Both the position numbers and the translations under genes were made by a program. Shown here in pieces: positions 12,306 to 26,859 of a stretch of DNA of 64,000 nt (the first letter of the stretch is position 1; every line of letters begins with the position of its first letter). This DNA comes from Octopus vulgaris (taxonomy: Eukaryota): contig OX597821.1 in the NCBI GenBank assembly GCA_951406725.2, positions 17,918,001 through 17,982,000 of the forward strand. Reading direction: 5' to 3'. The notes beneath the pieces were generated by a model. That model was not told the DNA's origin. It was given only the letters and a program-made list of their open reading frames with translations, and did no database searches.

Positions 12306-13283
12306 GCATTATATATCTATATGTGAGTGTGTGTGTGTGTGTGTGTGTGTACGCATTATATATACAAATTATATATATATATATATATATATACGCATTA
12401 TATATCTATATGTGAGTGTGTGTGTGTACGCATTATATATACAAATTATATATATACATATACATATATATATATATATATATAAATTAAATTAGAGATA
12501 AAACCACTATTAGGCAAATTAAACAGTGAAAAACATAACCCAAAACATAAAAATAAAAATATAATGTACAAAATATATAAAATATAAAATTAAAAAATTT
12601 AAATTATTTAAATTTAAAATTAAAATTATTAATTTACATTTATAATTTTTTTTAAATATATGTAACTATCAAAAAGTATTAAAAAGTTTAATATACATAA
12701 ATACAGATATATACACTTTGTATATATACATTATATATACATATTTATATATAGAACACACACACACACACATATATAAATTAACCCAATAAATATCTGA
12801 TTCGTAATATTTGTTCTCATGATTGTGTGGTGGTGGTTGTGGCGATGATAATTCTCTCTATGAATGCAGACAGACGTAGAGAGAGAGAGAGTGTGTGTGT
12901 GAAAGCGCTGTCGAAGGCGGGGAGGAGGGGGAGATTGAGGACGCCGTGACACGACGTCATAAAGAGAAAGTGAAGATAAGGGAGATAAACGCCGTGAAAC
13001 AACGTTATATATAGAATGTGATGGGAAGGGAGGAAAGAGAATGAGTGACGGAGGAAGACAGATACGTAAAAGAATGAGAGTAGACTTGTCAAAGCGAGTT
13101 TTTGGCCCTAGCAACGATACCTTTTAAAATGGGGATTTCTAACCTAGCCCACTAACATTCTCACCTCATTTTACATGTCCCTGTAAATTTTGGAGTCAAT
13201 CCGACGGGATCTAGTGGCCTTTAACTCGTTCTCAATGCCAAAACCAGACAAACAAACAAACTTTTCGCATTTCAGATTTATAA

Positions 13284-13793
<510 letters not shown>

Positions 13794-13934
13794 ATGTATG
13801 TATGTATATACACGACTGGTTTCTTTCAGTTTCCATCTACCAGACCCACTCCATGGGTTTTGGTCGTTCCGAGGCTATAGCAGAAGCCACTTGTATGTCT
13901 ATATTTATATAGATATATACATGTATAAACACGA

Positions 13935-13997
<63 letters not shown>

Positions 13998-14156
13998 TAC
14001 ACACACACATTCATGCATACGTTGATACACGCATATATATACACAGAAAATCCTATGCAGATACACAAATATACACCTATACAATCATATTCAGCTGCAC
14101 ACACTCATACGCACAAATATGCATATATAGACGTATATATATATATATATATATAT

Positions 14157-14197
<41 letters not shown>

Positions 14198-14296
14198 AAA
14201 AAAGGTTTGAAAATGCAATTTAAACGATGATTATTTACTTAACCGGTTTCACTCTTTGGTAAAAGATTGTCAAAAGTTACATTTAAGGAAACATTG

Positions 14297-14520
14297 AATA
14301 ATATGGGTTCAAAAAAAGTTTTTTACATAATTGTCACATTGAATATTATGCATTCAAAAAAGTTTTTTACATAATTGTCACATTGGATATTATGGGTTCA
14401 AAAAAAGTTTTTTACATAATTGTCACATTGAATATTATGCATTCAAAAAAGTTTTTTACATAATTGTCACATTGGATATTATGAATTCAAAAATGTTTTT
14501 TTATACATAATTGTCACATT
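14297..14520 (+). repeat. About 45-bp minisatellite, about 5 copies
   Basis: Unit approximately aatattatg(gg/ca)ttcaaaaaagttttttacataattgtcacattg. Confidence 0.85.
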
Positions 14521-15099
14521 ATTTGGGAAAATTTGGCAGAAAAGGATAAAACAAATATATTATTGGGAATTGGTTGCGTTAATTATTGGTTGTCGCAAAT
14601 TGTCACATTACATGTATATATATACAATCTTTGGTATATATATACAGCGTTTTGACAGCAAAAATTAAAATGGCTTTTTTGTACATCTCAGAATATTTTA
14701 AGTATGTTTTTACTGACCTGTCAGTATTAGCAGAAAGGCTGAACTGAGAGAACAGAAGAAGTAGCCAATGTGGTGTATACTTCCCCTTTATGCATGAATA
14801 ATTTTGGGGTTATCAGGAGGTTAGTATGCGGGTGTGAATAGATGTGTCCGTGCCTGCTGGTCAGACAGCGTCTGTTTGTCACACACATATATATACACAC
14901 AAACACACACACACACAACAACAACACACACACACACACATAGTATACAAACACACATCACATACAAACAACACACACACACACAGAACACACACACCCA
15001 CACACAACGCACCCACATATATCACATATACACACAGCACACAAATATAACATGTATCTATATATAACATACACAGATATATAACACACATACACACAC

Positions 15100-15134
<35 letters not shown>

Positions 15135-16002
15135 CACACGCACACATACATACATAATATAAATATCACACAAATACACCTAGCATATATATACACACAT
15201 ACAATACACACATACAGCATGTAAGTAATATATATACACAATATATGCATGCAATATACATACGTAATACATACATATAATATATATATATATAGACAAT
15301 GCATATACATATATACACATATACATATAAATAGTGTTTACATACACATACATAGATGTACCACATATACACACAACACACATACATACAATGCATACAC
15401 ATACACATACGCATACATATAATATATATGTGTGTGTGTGTGTGCACTGTGTGCGGGTGTGTGTGTATGTGTGTATGTGTGTGTGAGCATTGTGTACGTG
15501 TGTATGTATTTACACACACACATAACATACATACACACACAATGCATACATATATATACACGCAATGCATATACATGTATTCATGCACATATAGCACACC
15601 TACAATATACATATATACAGTGCACACATACACACAGATATATACACTTAATTGTACACGTACATATACAATACACATACATACAATATACATATACACA
15701 ATGCGCATGCAAATAATGTACATGTTTATACACACATAAACATGCAAATAAATATACACACACACACATACACACACACACATATATATACACATATATA
15801 TATATATACACACATACATACATACATACATGCACATACATATATTTTTTCACACACATATATATATATAAAAAATTCACCACCCCCCACACACACAAAT
15901 TACAAACCTATAGCGTACACACTCAAATATATCTCTACATGCCGCACATACACACAAACAAAGTACTAACATATACACACATACCATGCATATACACACA
16001 CA

Positions 16003-16039
<37 letters not shown>

Positions 16040-16214
16040 AAAACAGATACATATGTAAATACATACACACGTACACAATGCACACACACACACACACACA
16101 CACATACACACACCCGCACACAGTGCACACACACACACACATATATACACACGTGCACACACACACACACATACAACGCGCGCACACACACATATACACA
16201 CACACGCACACAGT

Positions 16215-16252
<38 letters not shown>

Positions 16253-16437
16253 CACTCACACACATACATCACCTACATATATATAATGCATGCGTGTGCA
16301 TGCCACGTATGTGTGCGGTCAATGCCCGCTAGTGTGTCCTATGCGTGCCGATGCGCGCATGTGCCCGCCCGCACGATATGCTGTGAGCGTGCGCGCGTCC
16401 CTGTGTGCTTGCTCTGGATGTGCTTCCAGGGGGTATG

Positions 16438-17950
16438 TTAGAGTATGTTTAGTTGTGGTCTGTATTTTTGAATAAGATTACTTTCCTTATTTATTCGTGT
16501 TTGGTCTGTGGTGTTGTCCGAGCATTGGTATAGTGGGAAGACTAAGAATTTGGGGGACTTATTGTGTGCACAAAGGTCTAAGTGTCCACTTAGTGGTATC
16601 TGTCTTGTGGAGGGGTCCCTCAGTTGTTGTCGGTGAACTGTCATTCTGTCTCTGAGGGTAAGGCTCGTTTGCCCTATGTAGTCTTCGTGGCATCCTTCAC
16701 ACCTTATGACGTAGAGTAAATTTTTTGATGCGCACGTGAAGTTATTTTTTATGATGAATGTGTGTCCCGAGTGGAACTTGTACGACGATCCCTCAATGAG
16801 ATGGATGCAGGTCTTACAGTTGGGGCGACCACATTTTTTGATGGTGGGCGGTGGGTTTGTGTTGTGTAATTTTGCGTTGGTGAGGAGGTTTTTTAGGGAT
16901 TTAGGTTGTCTCTTACTTTTTATTATTTTATGAGCTGCCAGTATTTTTTTCAGGCGTGGGTCTTGATTTAGTTGTGGAATGTTGTTGTATATAATAGTGT
17001 AAGCTTCTGCATTCCTTGGGTTGTGTGTTGAGAGATAAGGGAGGCTATTGACTGTACTGTGGATGTGTTTGGGTTTTCGAAGGTCTTGAATGTTGATTGA
17101 TTTGGCCCGTTCTATTCCGTTGTCTACTAGTGATGCCGGGTAATGTCTTTCGAGAAGAATTGCCCTTAGTTCCCGGAGTCTTCTATTTCGTGTTGTGTCA
17201 TTTGAGACAATAGTGCAGATTCTTCTCGCTAGGTTGAAGGGGATATTTGTCTTTGTGTGTTTTGGGTGATTGGAGGTGAATAGAAGGTATTGTTTAGAGT
17301 CAGTGGGTTTGTAATGGATGTCAGTTTCAATGTTGACGCCTTTTTTAATGATTAGGATGTCAAGAAAAGGGAGTTGGTCCTGACTATATTCCATTGTGAA
17401 TTGAATGTTGTTATTTACACTGTTGATAAGGTTTTTGAAGTCTATAAGTTGGTCGAGTGTGTGGGACCATAGGATGAGGCAATCATCTAAGTAGCGTTTC
17501 CAGTTCTCCAACAGGTATTTGTGGAAAGACTGGCCGTACTTATATTTGGATTTTTCATAGATATGTGATTCCAGGTAGGCCATCACCAGGTTTGCATAGG
17601 TAGGTGCAACTTTCGTACCCATTGCAGTCCCTGAGACCTGTCTGTAAGTGTTGTTGTGGAAATACATGAAGTTGTTTTGCAGAATAAATTTGAGGCCCTC
17701 AATTATGAATTCTTTTTTAATTCTTTCCGGGATCTCATTGGGATATTTATCCAGCCAGAATTTAATGGCTTCCAGTCCAAATTCATGTGGGATTGTGGTG
17801 TAAAGATTAATAACATCAAAAGAAACGATTAAGGTGTCTTTATCGGCATGTTTGGGGAGATGGTTTAATAGGTCCAGGTCATCTCTTACAATACTTGGAA
17901 TGTGTTTCAGTATTGGCTTTAAGATGATATCTATAAAGTTGCTAAGTCTG
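16438..17950 (-). CDS. Penelope-like reverse transcriptase plus GIY-YIG endonuclease (partial, open frame of about 500 aa)
   Basis: SFDVINLYT, GTAMGTKVAPTYANL, RYLDD, LPFLD, CGRPNCKTC and LLYVIRC..C.EDYIGQT. The N-terminal YIYI residues of the ORF call come from flanking microsatellite. Confidence 0.93.
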
Positions 17951-17992
17951 TGTGTTATATATATACATACGCACAAATATGCATATATAGAC

Positions 17993-18037
<45 letters not shown>

Positions 18038-18201
18038 GGCGCAGGAGTGGCTGTGTGGTAAGTAGCTTGCTAACCAACCACATGGTTGCGGGTTCAGTCC
18101 ACTGCGTGGCATCTTGGCCAAGTGTCTTCTGCTATAGCCCCGGGCCGACCAATGCCTTGTGAGTGGATTTGGTAGACGGAAACTGAAAGAAGCCTGTCGT
18201 A

Positions 18202-18276
<75 letters not shown>

Positions 18277-18488
18277 TTGTGTGTCTGTGTTTGTCCCCCT
18301 AGCATTGCTTGACAACCGATGCTGGTGTGTTTACGTCCCCGTCACTTAGCGGTTCGGCAAAAGAGACCGATAGAATAAGTACTGGGCTTACAAAGAATAA
18401 GTCCCGGGGTCGATTTGATCGACTAAAGGCGGTGCTCCAGCATGGCCGCAGTCAAATGACTGAAACAAGTAAAAGAGTAAAGAGTAAA
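18038..18488 (+). mobile_element. tRNA-derived SINE family A, full length, with internal (AT)n
   Basis: Head ggcgcaggagtggctgtgtggtaag...gggttcagtcc (A/B boxes). 3' end ggcggtgctccagcatggccgcagtcaaatgactgaaac plus an (agtaaaag)n tail. Multiple copies in the window. Confidence 0.88.
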
Positions 18489-18928
18489 AAAGTATACCTA
18501 TACACAATTAAATTTGTGTGTGTATATGTCTGTATGCATGCATTTATGCATCTATCTATCTATCTATCTATCTATCTATTCACCTTGAATTTAAACATTT
18601 TTTTCTTTGGTAGTACAGCCTATTGGATGATGAACGATATTAAGTACGGCCAGCTTCTGAAAGCAGGTTGCCCATGCTTGCTCTACGGGGTCATTCGACA
18701 TGCAGAGTATATTGCAATAGGTTGTCCGCATCTTTTGTTATATAGCTGCGTTTCTCGGCGGTACACTCTACACAGTCACAAAAGAAGAGAAATATCCCAT
18801 AATGGCTACCTCTGATCAGCGCATGGTTACATAATCAGACTGTTACCTTACACTCACTTGAAACACTTGTGCAAAACTGATTGATAAGGTCAGCCGTAAT
18901 GGATATATAATACTTTACACTTAGATTC

Positions 18929-18978
<50 letters not shown>

Positions 18979-18979
18979 A

Positions 18980-19160
18980 CCGTATATTTCCACCTATAAG
19001 ATGACCTTTAAATCCTAAAATTTACACTAATTATTTGGAGTCGTCTTATACCACTAATCTAAAAATTAAACTTTAAATTTTAAGTGATTTTGTAAGTTTA
19101 GAGAATATTATCAATTCCGTTATTACTTATATACAATTGGCAGAGTAACAATTTATAAAG
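18980..19160. mobile_element. Possible pogo/Tc1-like DNA transposon end
   Basis: TA|CCGTATATTTCC..TATAAGATGACC...GTCGTCTTATA terminal signature. Second end not found. Confidence 0.3.
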
Positions 19161-20111
19161 ATGGAAATATTGAACCTCCTTGGAGGAATCCTTATCGCAT
19201 TACATTCAGCGCACAAAGACATAAGAATGCTATTCCATGCTGAAGTTTCAGGCTTTAGGGGCTATACTCAGAAATGGATGCCATCATTGCAAGAGAATAG
19301 GACTTCACTATCAAGTACATTACCTTCTATTCTTGTCCAACTCATATCAATTCAATCTATGTGCGTAGATTATTTCTTTACATAGGCATGAAATATTTAG
19401 TCCTTATTGATTAATATTTCAATTAGTTAGTCGTAGAAAAATAAATCGATGGTATCAAAGGCTTTAGTGAAATTATACACCGAATCTATGTTACGTATGG
19501 GAATACCCTGTCGATTGTTATTTCGAGAAAGAACAGAGTTAACAAATTCCTCAACGAGATACTGCTTTAAAACTTATACACCAACTTCCATCAGTTTGTT
19601 TCCCGCAGAGCAACTACCGTTGGCGTGAAAAGAGTAAACAACAAAACTCCTTATCGGCGTCAACAATAGAACAAGTTCTGAATTGGACTGAAATGGTAGC
19701 CAAATAGATATGCTACAATATCACAACATATCACATATGAATACCGAACTGTCACCAGTTACATGCATATTTGGATGATGATTAGGGAAAGGGCTATAAT
19801 GAAGAAAAGGAGAGAAAGGAAGAGAGGAAGGAATAAAAATAACAGAGGAGAGGAGGCATTCAATAGAGACAGAGGATGGCTGAAATTGAGGAAGGAATGT
19901 CACAAAAACATTCGTGTTTGTAACTGGGTTACCATACATAAAGACATTTGCATGGTCTTCAGATAATGGCTTAACTGGATGAAACTTCCAATTGACTGTC
20001 CATACTATCCTCGTTAAAGCATAATGTATACATAGATATGTGTGTGTGTGTGTCTGTCTGTCTGTGTGTATTTGTGCGTGTACATATGTATGTATATAAT
20101 ACATGCATATA

Positions 20112-20360
20112 TGTATTCTTTTATTCTTTTACTTGTTTCAGTCATTTGACTGCGGCCATGCTGGGACACCACCTTGAAGGGTTTTAGTGAAACAAATCGA
20201 CCCAGGATTTATTTTTTAAAGCCTTATTCTATCAAATCCTTTTGTTAAACCGCTAAGTTACGGGGACATCAACAAACCAACACCTGTTGTCAAATGGTGA
20301 TAGGGAGGGGAGAATCACAAACACACACACACACATAGATATATACTTACATATTTATAA

Positions 20361-20400
<40 letters not shown>

Positions 20401-20533
20401 GACGGGATTCTTTTCAGTTTCCGTCTACCAACTCCACTCACAAGGATTTGCCCAAGGTGCCACGCAATGAGACTGGACTTCGGAACCATATAGTTGAGAA
20501 GCAAGCTCTTACCACACAACCACGCCTGCGCCT
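20112..20533 (-). mobile_element. SINE family A copy (diverged)
   Basis: Reverse complement of the head (ggcgcaggcgtggttgtgtggtaag) and tail (cagcatggccgcagtcaaatgactgaaacaagtaaaag). Confidence 0.8.
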
Positions 20534-20691
20534 ATACATACATTATATATATATACAGAGAGAGAAAGAAAGAGAGGGGAGCAGTTAAAAAACTAAGCTT
20601 CTATGCGTGTTGGATAATCAATGTTTAAATAAAATATGAACAATTTGCCTTGGTATGAAATAAACTGTAAGGGCAAGCGAGACGGATAATG

Positions 20692-20697
20692 TTTATT
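20692..20697 (-). other. Candidate polyadenylation signal of the EGF-TM-TIR gene
   Basis: AATAAA on the minus strand about 800 nt after the stop. An ATTAAA at 21373-21378 is an alternative. Confidence 0.3.
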
Positions 20698-21099
20698 TTA
20701 AAATTACTGCGGTTAATACTGAACTAGTTTCATGTTCAACATAAACCATTTAAAAAAAATTAATTTAATTCAAGTTTGTTATATTACAATCATCGGCAGT
20801 ATACTCCTATGTCTTTGGGGAAAATAAAACACGTATAACTTTAAAATACATTTGCGATTTTTCATCCATAGTTATTCGTAATTCAGGGTATGCAAATATA
20901 TTTAGATTCAATTTAATTTCAGAAAAAAATTAAGAAAATACAGGAAGGCAAATTATCCGCCACTGTAACGTGGCCCGATAGAAATAGGTACCATAATGAG
21001 GTACATTTCACCTAGTTAGAAATAGGTACGATATTTTCTATTATTCCAGAACAGGAAGAAAATATAAGTGAGAGATGTTAAATGTTTCCACTTATCCAT

Positions 21100-21130
<31 letters not shown>

Positions 21131-21497
21131 CTCTCTCTCTCTCTCACACACGCGCACACACACACACACATACGCAGATACACACATACAGATAAATGCA
21201 TAAACGCACATTCATTTTGAATGAATGATTACTGGTCAAGAAAAGATGTCTTCACGAATATATAGACACACAAACTACCCACTAACAGCAGTTACAATAT
21301 TAACATCCGATACACTGACAAACACATGATAAAACACATGCACATGATCAAAGTAGTAATCTGTGTATCATGTTTAATGTAGCTACATTACGGAAAGCTC
21401 AATTATGCGATATTCATCCTGCGATAACCTCTCTTATAGACTATATAAATGTAAAATAAATATGAAATAAAATTCATAGCAGACAGTTCCAAGAAAA

Positions 21498-21829
21498 TTA
21501 GACAGAAACTAGCTTTGATTGGCATTTCTTTCGTAAAGTCTTCTGTAGATTGTTCCAGAATGCAGTTTGAAGATGTGTGCTGCCTGGGTCTGTTGGCCAT
21601 TTTAGGTAGGTCACTGTTTCCAGAATATATTTTAGATTTTTATCTTTGATGTCTAAATCCTTGAAATTACCGAGAATAACAGGAATAATTATGTGACGAA
21701 GTTTTAACATTTCCTGTTGGGCTACTTGGTATTCCATCCGGGTCCACTCGCTGTCTATATAATCATTGGTTAGCACCAGAAGCGTTCTTCTGCTGTTTTG
21801 TATGCATTCTATGATATTGTTTGAAATAG
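21498..21829 (-). CDS. EGF-TM-TIR receptor, exon 4 (TIR domain C-half and stop)
   Basis: Acceptor tatatttacag|, phase 1. Translation (T)[36 protein letters not shown]...IIPVIL...TYLKWP...[10 protein letters not shown]...SV* has typical TLR/IL-1R-type TIR motifs (SRRTLLVL, SEWxxxE, YLKWP, FWxxL). Overlaps ORF 21498..21776. Confidence 0.93.
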
Positions 21830-21871
21830 CTGTAAATATACAAGAAAATCATTGATTAAAATATTCACACT

Positions 21872-21925
<54 letters not shown>

Positions 21926-21967
21926 CATACATACATACATACATACATACATACATACATACATACA

Positions 21968-22134
<167 letters not shown>

Positions 22135-22249
22135 GGATGGATGGATAGATATAGTTTTATTAGAGGATAGTCATAGTTTTGCCAATCAAACACATACACT
22201 ATATACTTGCTTTCCATTTCAGCTACTTCTCATTACGTTCAGTTTTGTA

Positions 22250-22602
22250 TGGAAGGAAGAAACAGAGCAGATGCTAAAATTAGAGGCTTTCTGACTTCAC
22301 GTGTTAGCAAGGCCATAGAACGCATTGTCAGAAGGTGGTCGATCACGTTCCTGGAAGAAAATAACTTGCTCACAATCCCACAACATGGTTTCCGTCCAGG
22401 AAGGAGCTGTCTCTACAGCCACTACAGCATTATGGCTGGGTACTGAAACAGTAGCCGAACCACTCAAATGTGGACTTGATATATCTCGACTTTACCAAGG
22501 CCTTTGACAAAGTTGATCATGCATTTTATACATTGGTATTGCAGAATAACTAGGAGACTAAGTGCATGACTTTTTAAAAGGTAGACGTCAGGCAGTTGCA
22601 GC
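22250..22602 (+). mobile_element. Decayed CR1/L2-like RT fragment related to the element at 56583
   Basis: SKAIERIVRR..ITFLEENNLL..QHGFRPGRSCL and YLDFTKAFDKVDH, with frameshifts. Confidence 0.8.
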
Positions 22603-23016
22603 ATCGATATGTTTGGTAGGGCTCATAATGACGAAGAAGGGAGGCTCTGTAGCGAGAACTTCATATTTCTATAGGACAACGCTCCTATTCATAAAGCAAG
22701 AGCAACTTCGGATTTCCTCCTTGCAATCGGGGTTGAAGTAATACCATGGCCAGCAAGAAGCCCCACCTTAATCCTGGGGATATCTCACGAAAGTTGTGTA
22801 CAGCGAAGGCAAGCACTATTCATCTTTTGATGAACTTGAAACGGGAATAAAGGAGGCTTGGTAAGAGCTTCCACTTGACCCGCTGCAGAAGCTAATTGGG
22901 AGTATGAAATCGCGTGTTTTTGAAGCAGTTCAGAAAGGTGGTGGTTAAACACTCTATTGCTGATATATTCCATGAGAACATTATTCAACCTGGCGTTATA
23001 ATTTTGAACAGGAGTT
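22603..23016 (+). mobile_element. Tc1-like transposase 3' remnant
   Basis: DNAPIHKARAT...IPWPARSP.LNP motifs, broken by stops and frameshifts. Confidence 0.6.
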
Positions 23017-23365
23017 TCTGACTCTCTCTCTCTATATATTTCATTTTCAATTATTATCTTATTTGTTTTTGAGTTTCAATAAATTTGAATATTGCAATGC
23101 CTTCTATTTCATTACCTATCTAGATGCGAGTTTCAAGAATTTGGATAGTATTTTCCTCCAGAAAAAAATTGAGAGTGCTTTGGTTTTATAGTTTTAAACA
23201 ACATTTTATATGCTTTCAATATGTAACATTCTGCAAATTCTTATTTTCTCAAATTGTCATTTCTTCAGGTGATACACCTCTGAATATTTTCAGGTGATAT
23301 GTCACCAAATTTATTTTGACGTACCCGATCCCCTCTAATTTACAACACACACACACACACACACG

Positions 23366-23433
<68 letters not shown>

Positions 23434-23539
23434 TCGTAAAATTTGATCATCAATGGTATCTCTAAACTGGTATATTCCACTCACACTAGACCAACATTAT
23501 TCGAAAGTCGAAGAACAATGAAGACAGATCGATACTTAC

Positions 23540-23683
23540 TCTCACCCGGGACGAAGTCCCGAAAGTGAATACATGCTTTCAGCCCCATGTCATCTTCGAT
23601 TTTCGGAAACAGAATGTTTTTCACCCAAGATTCGTCTGTATCTGAAGATTTATACGAAATGAATACGTCGTATAATTTCTCCT
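23540..23683 (-). CDS. EGF-TM-TIR receptor, exon 3 (TIR domain N-half)
   Basis: Not in the ORF track. Acceptor ttgttttccattttcag| and donor GAGA|GTAAGT; 144 nt, phase 1-1. Translation (E)EKLYDVFISYKSSDTDESWVKNILFPKIEDDMGLKACIHFRDFVPGE contains TIR box 1 (YDVFISY) and BB-loop/box 2 (CIHFRDFVPG). Confidence 0.93.
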
Positions 23684-23726
23684 CTGAAAATGGAAAACAA
23701 GTAGTAGTAGCAGCAGCAGCAGCTGC

Positions 23727-23784
<58 letters not shown>

Positions 23785-24319
23785 TCAGAGAACGTAAAGA
23801 ACCAAAATAAATGCCTAAAAATTGCTTGGTTTAGGCCCGTAGTTTTGAGAGGAAGGAGTCAAGTGGTACTTTTTTGATCAAGTCCAAAGCGCGATTTGAA
23901 GTCAGAAAGTAAAGAACTCAAATAAATACCGCTTAGCGGCTTCTCCGACGCTGTAACAATTATTCAATTGCACCGTTCTTAGCAATAATAATGATGATGG
24001 TTTCAAATTTTGGCACACGACCAGCGGTTTTGGAGAAGGTAGCAAGTTGATTATATTGGCTCCAGTGGTCAACTGGTACTTATTTCATCCATCCCGAAAG
24101 AATGAAAGTCAAAGTCAACCTCGGCGAAGTTTGAACCCAGAACGTAAAGACGAACGAAATGCCGCTAAGCATTTTCCCGGCGTGCCTATGATTATGCTAG
24201 CTCACCGCATTGGGAAGAGCGCTTATTGGATGCGAACACAGCATTAGAGCAGAAAAAAACAGCATAGCATGGTATGTAAAAAATACCTCAGAATCGCTAT
24301 TATAAGAAGTAAGAAGGTC

Positions 24320-25030
24320 AGGCTTGAAACTGAAAATAGGTGGGTAAAGAAAAGAATGCATGGTCAATTTCATAGAGATGTTGAAGATGAGACACACGGA
24401 GAAAAAAATGACTGTGGATGACTAAAAGTGATTTAAAACCGGAAACGGGGGCTCTAATCTGTGCTGCCCAAGAGCAAACACTAAGAACAAGCTACATAAA
24501 ATACAGAATAGACAACACAACAGAAAGTGATAAGTGCAGAACCTGTGGACAGAATGGTGAAACCGTATGACATATTACCAGCCAATGTACGTCACAAACC
24601 CAGAAGGAATATAAGAGACGCCACGACAATATATTTAGGCTTGTCCATTGGACACTTTGCAACAAGTATGGACTTGACAGAGCAAAAAATTGGTACTACC
24701 ACAAACCTGAAGGCATCATCGAAAATCGAAATGCAAAGATCCTATGGAATTTTATGATTCAGTGCGACCATGAGATAGAGAAGAGGAAGCCGGACATAGT
24801 CTTAATTGAGAAAGAAAAAAAACTATGCTGGATCATAGACATAGCATGCCTAGCTGCCAACAAGGTATGCGATAAGGAAGACAGAGAAGTCGAGAGATAA
24901 GACAGGTTAGCTTGGGAAGTTAAGCAGTTGTGGTCGCTGAAAAAGGTAGCAGTAATACCAATAATTATCGGTGCACTGGAAACAGTGGGCAAAAATCTCG
25001 AGAAGTACTTGGAACAAACAGTGTAGGCAC
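24320..25030 (+). mobile_element. Dong/R4-like non-LTR retrotransposon fragment (CCHC finger plus restriction-like endonuclease)
   Basis: MHGQF, ICAAQEQ, CRTCGQNGETV.HITSQC, RRHDN, KRKPDIVLI...IIDIA and IPIIIGAL. Abuts (ATT)n. Confidence 0.8.
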
Positions 25031-25059
25031 TTATGATTATTATTATTATTATGATTATG

Positions 25060-25193
<134 letters not shown>

Positions 25194-25194
25194 C

Positions 25195-25250
<56 letters not shown>

Positions 25251-25444
25251 CCTTTCTACTATAGGTACAAGGCCTGAAATTTTGGAGGAAGGCTCTAGTC
25301 GATTACATCAACCCCAGTACGTAACTGTTACTGACTTCATCAACCCCAAGGAATGAAAGGCGAAGTCGAACTTGGCGGAAATTATACCCAGAACGTAATG
25401 GCGAACGAAATGCCGCTAAGCATTTCGTCCATCATGCTAACCAC

Positions 25445-25506
<62 letters not shown>

Positions 25507-25508
<2 letters not shown>

Positions 25509-25902
25509 GACCAGATATAGTTGTCAGAGATCATGAAGAAAAAAATGCTTTCTAATTGATGTATCAATACCGGCAGATGACAACGTGTCTCTAAAAGAAA
25601 TGGAGAAACTTTCAAAATACAAAGACCTAGAAATAGAGGTAACCAGAATGTGGAATCTAAAAACAGAAACAATTCCTATCATAGTAGGTGCATTAGGCAT
25701 GATAAAAAATATTCAGACAAATACATAACAAAAACACCAGGACTTACAAACACATATAACATACAGAAAATTGCACACATCCTACGCAGAACACTTACAA
25801 TACAGTAACCATCAGATCATCACAACAAATCACAGCACATACCTAAGGCACACAGAGCTGCGCTCGGTAGTGAAGTGAAAGCACGATATAAAAATAAAAC
25901 TA

Positions 25903-25903
<1 letters not shown>
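25507..25903 (+). mobile_element. Dong/R4-like 3' end (REL endonuclease plus 3'UTR) inside (TAA)n
   Basis: RPDIVVRDHEEKKCFLIDVSIPADDNVSLKEMEKLSKYKDLEIEV...IPIIVGALG, with (TAA)n on both sides. Confidence 0.8.
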
Positions 25904-25969
<66 letters not shown>

Positions 25970-25978
25970 GTAATAGTA

Positions 25979-26097
<119 letters not shown>

Positions 26098-26202
26098 AAG
26101 AAGAAGAAGAAGAAGAAGAAGAAGAAGAAGAAGAAGAATATTAATAATAATGATAATGATAATAATAACAACAACAACAAGAACAGCAACAATAATTGCA
26201 AT

Positions 26203-26758
26203 AAATGCCCTGATACAGTACCTGGCAGTGGTTCTCATGACTTTTTATCTTAACTGATTGGAAATGTTATCATTTACATTGTTTTGTGTTGGTATAAGAT
26301 AGGCTACAGCAAATATTCAGCTCAATACCACAGATTTGCTTGTCAGTTGTTTGACCTTAAGCAGTTGAGCATGTCCCTTAATGACTGGCGATATGTGCAC
26401 CTCTGACCACGAGCAGAAGTAGTGGGAGTGCACCATAGCCATGCGTTGAGAGGAGTTCTTTGGGGCTTGGATAATTTACCTTTGGACACGTGGGCATTTC
26501 GTTCAATATCCTCAATCAACTCTTATTCAGGGGCCTTTTGAGTGGGATGAGATACACGACCTGAAAAAAATTCTAACTGGGTCCCACCTGCAAGGTCATG
26601 CGCTGTTTGTCTTGATATGAGATCACTATGTCGCGCACACACGTTTGTGATGCTTGTGCCTGGTGTACTCTTATCAGACAGGTAGTCATGATGGGTGTAC
26701 TGGGCTTCGTATATTTTGCCTCAGTGTCATTTTGATGGCATGCACTGCTTTCTCACTC
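26203..26758. repeat. Probable interspersed repeat embedded between (TAA)n tracts
   Basis: Non-coding, complex sequence bracketed by TAA microsatellites like the neighbouring Dong-like pieces. Family not determined. Confidence 0.35.
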
Positions 26759-26818
<60 letters not shown>

Positions 26819-26859
26819 TGTTAAAGCCTTGCTCCCACTTTTTGTAGTCCTGCGCAAAG

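Larger units (their letters stand above)
14195..17950 (-). mobile_element. Penelope-like retroelement, 5'-truncated, with a long microsatellite-rich 3' region
   Basis: Contains the RT + GIY-YIG ORF and a degenerate hammerhead near the far end (14237-14278). Flanked by a duplicated 35-nt sequence (14106-14140 = 17966-18000). Confidence 0.8.

Noticed and set aside
14297-14520. Regular 45-bp repeats resembling a CRISPR array
   Set aside because: Head-to-tail units without unique spacers, eukaryotic context and no cas genes; a minisatellite.
14727-16441. Many YI/CV/HT-rich ORFs here and at 52858-56680 and 58946-60260
   Set aside because: Dinucleotide microsatellites lack stop codons in some frames; not protein-coding.
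18038-18110. tRNA-like sequences (also 42322, 43221, 41930-42008, 61460-61532)
   Set aside because: SINE heads with A/B boxes that continue into repeat bodies with tails or TSDs; no full cloverleaf.
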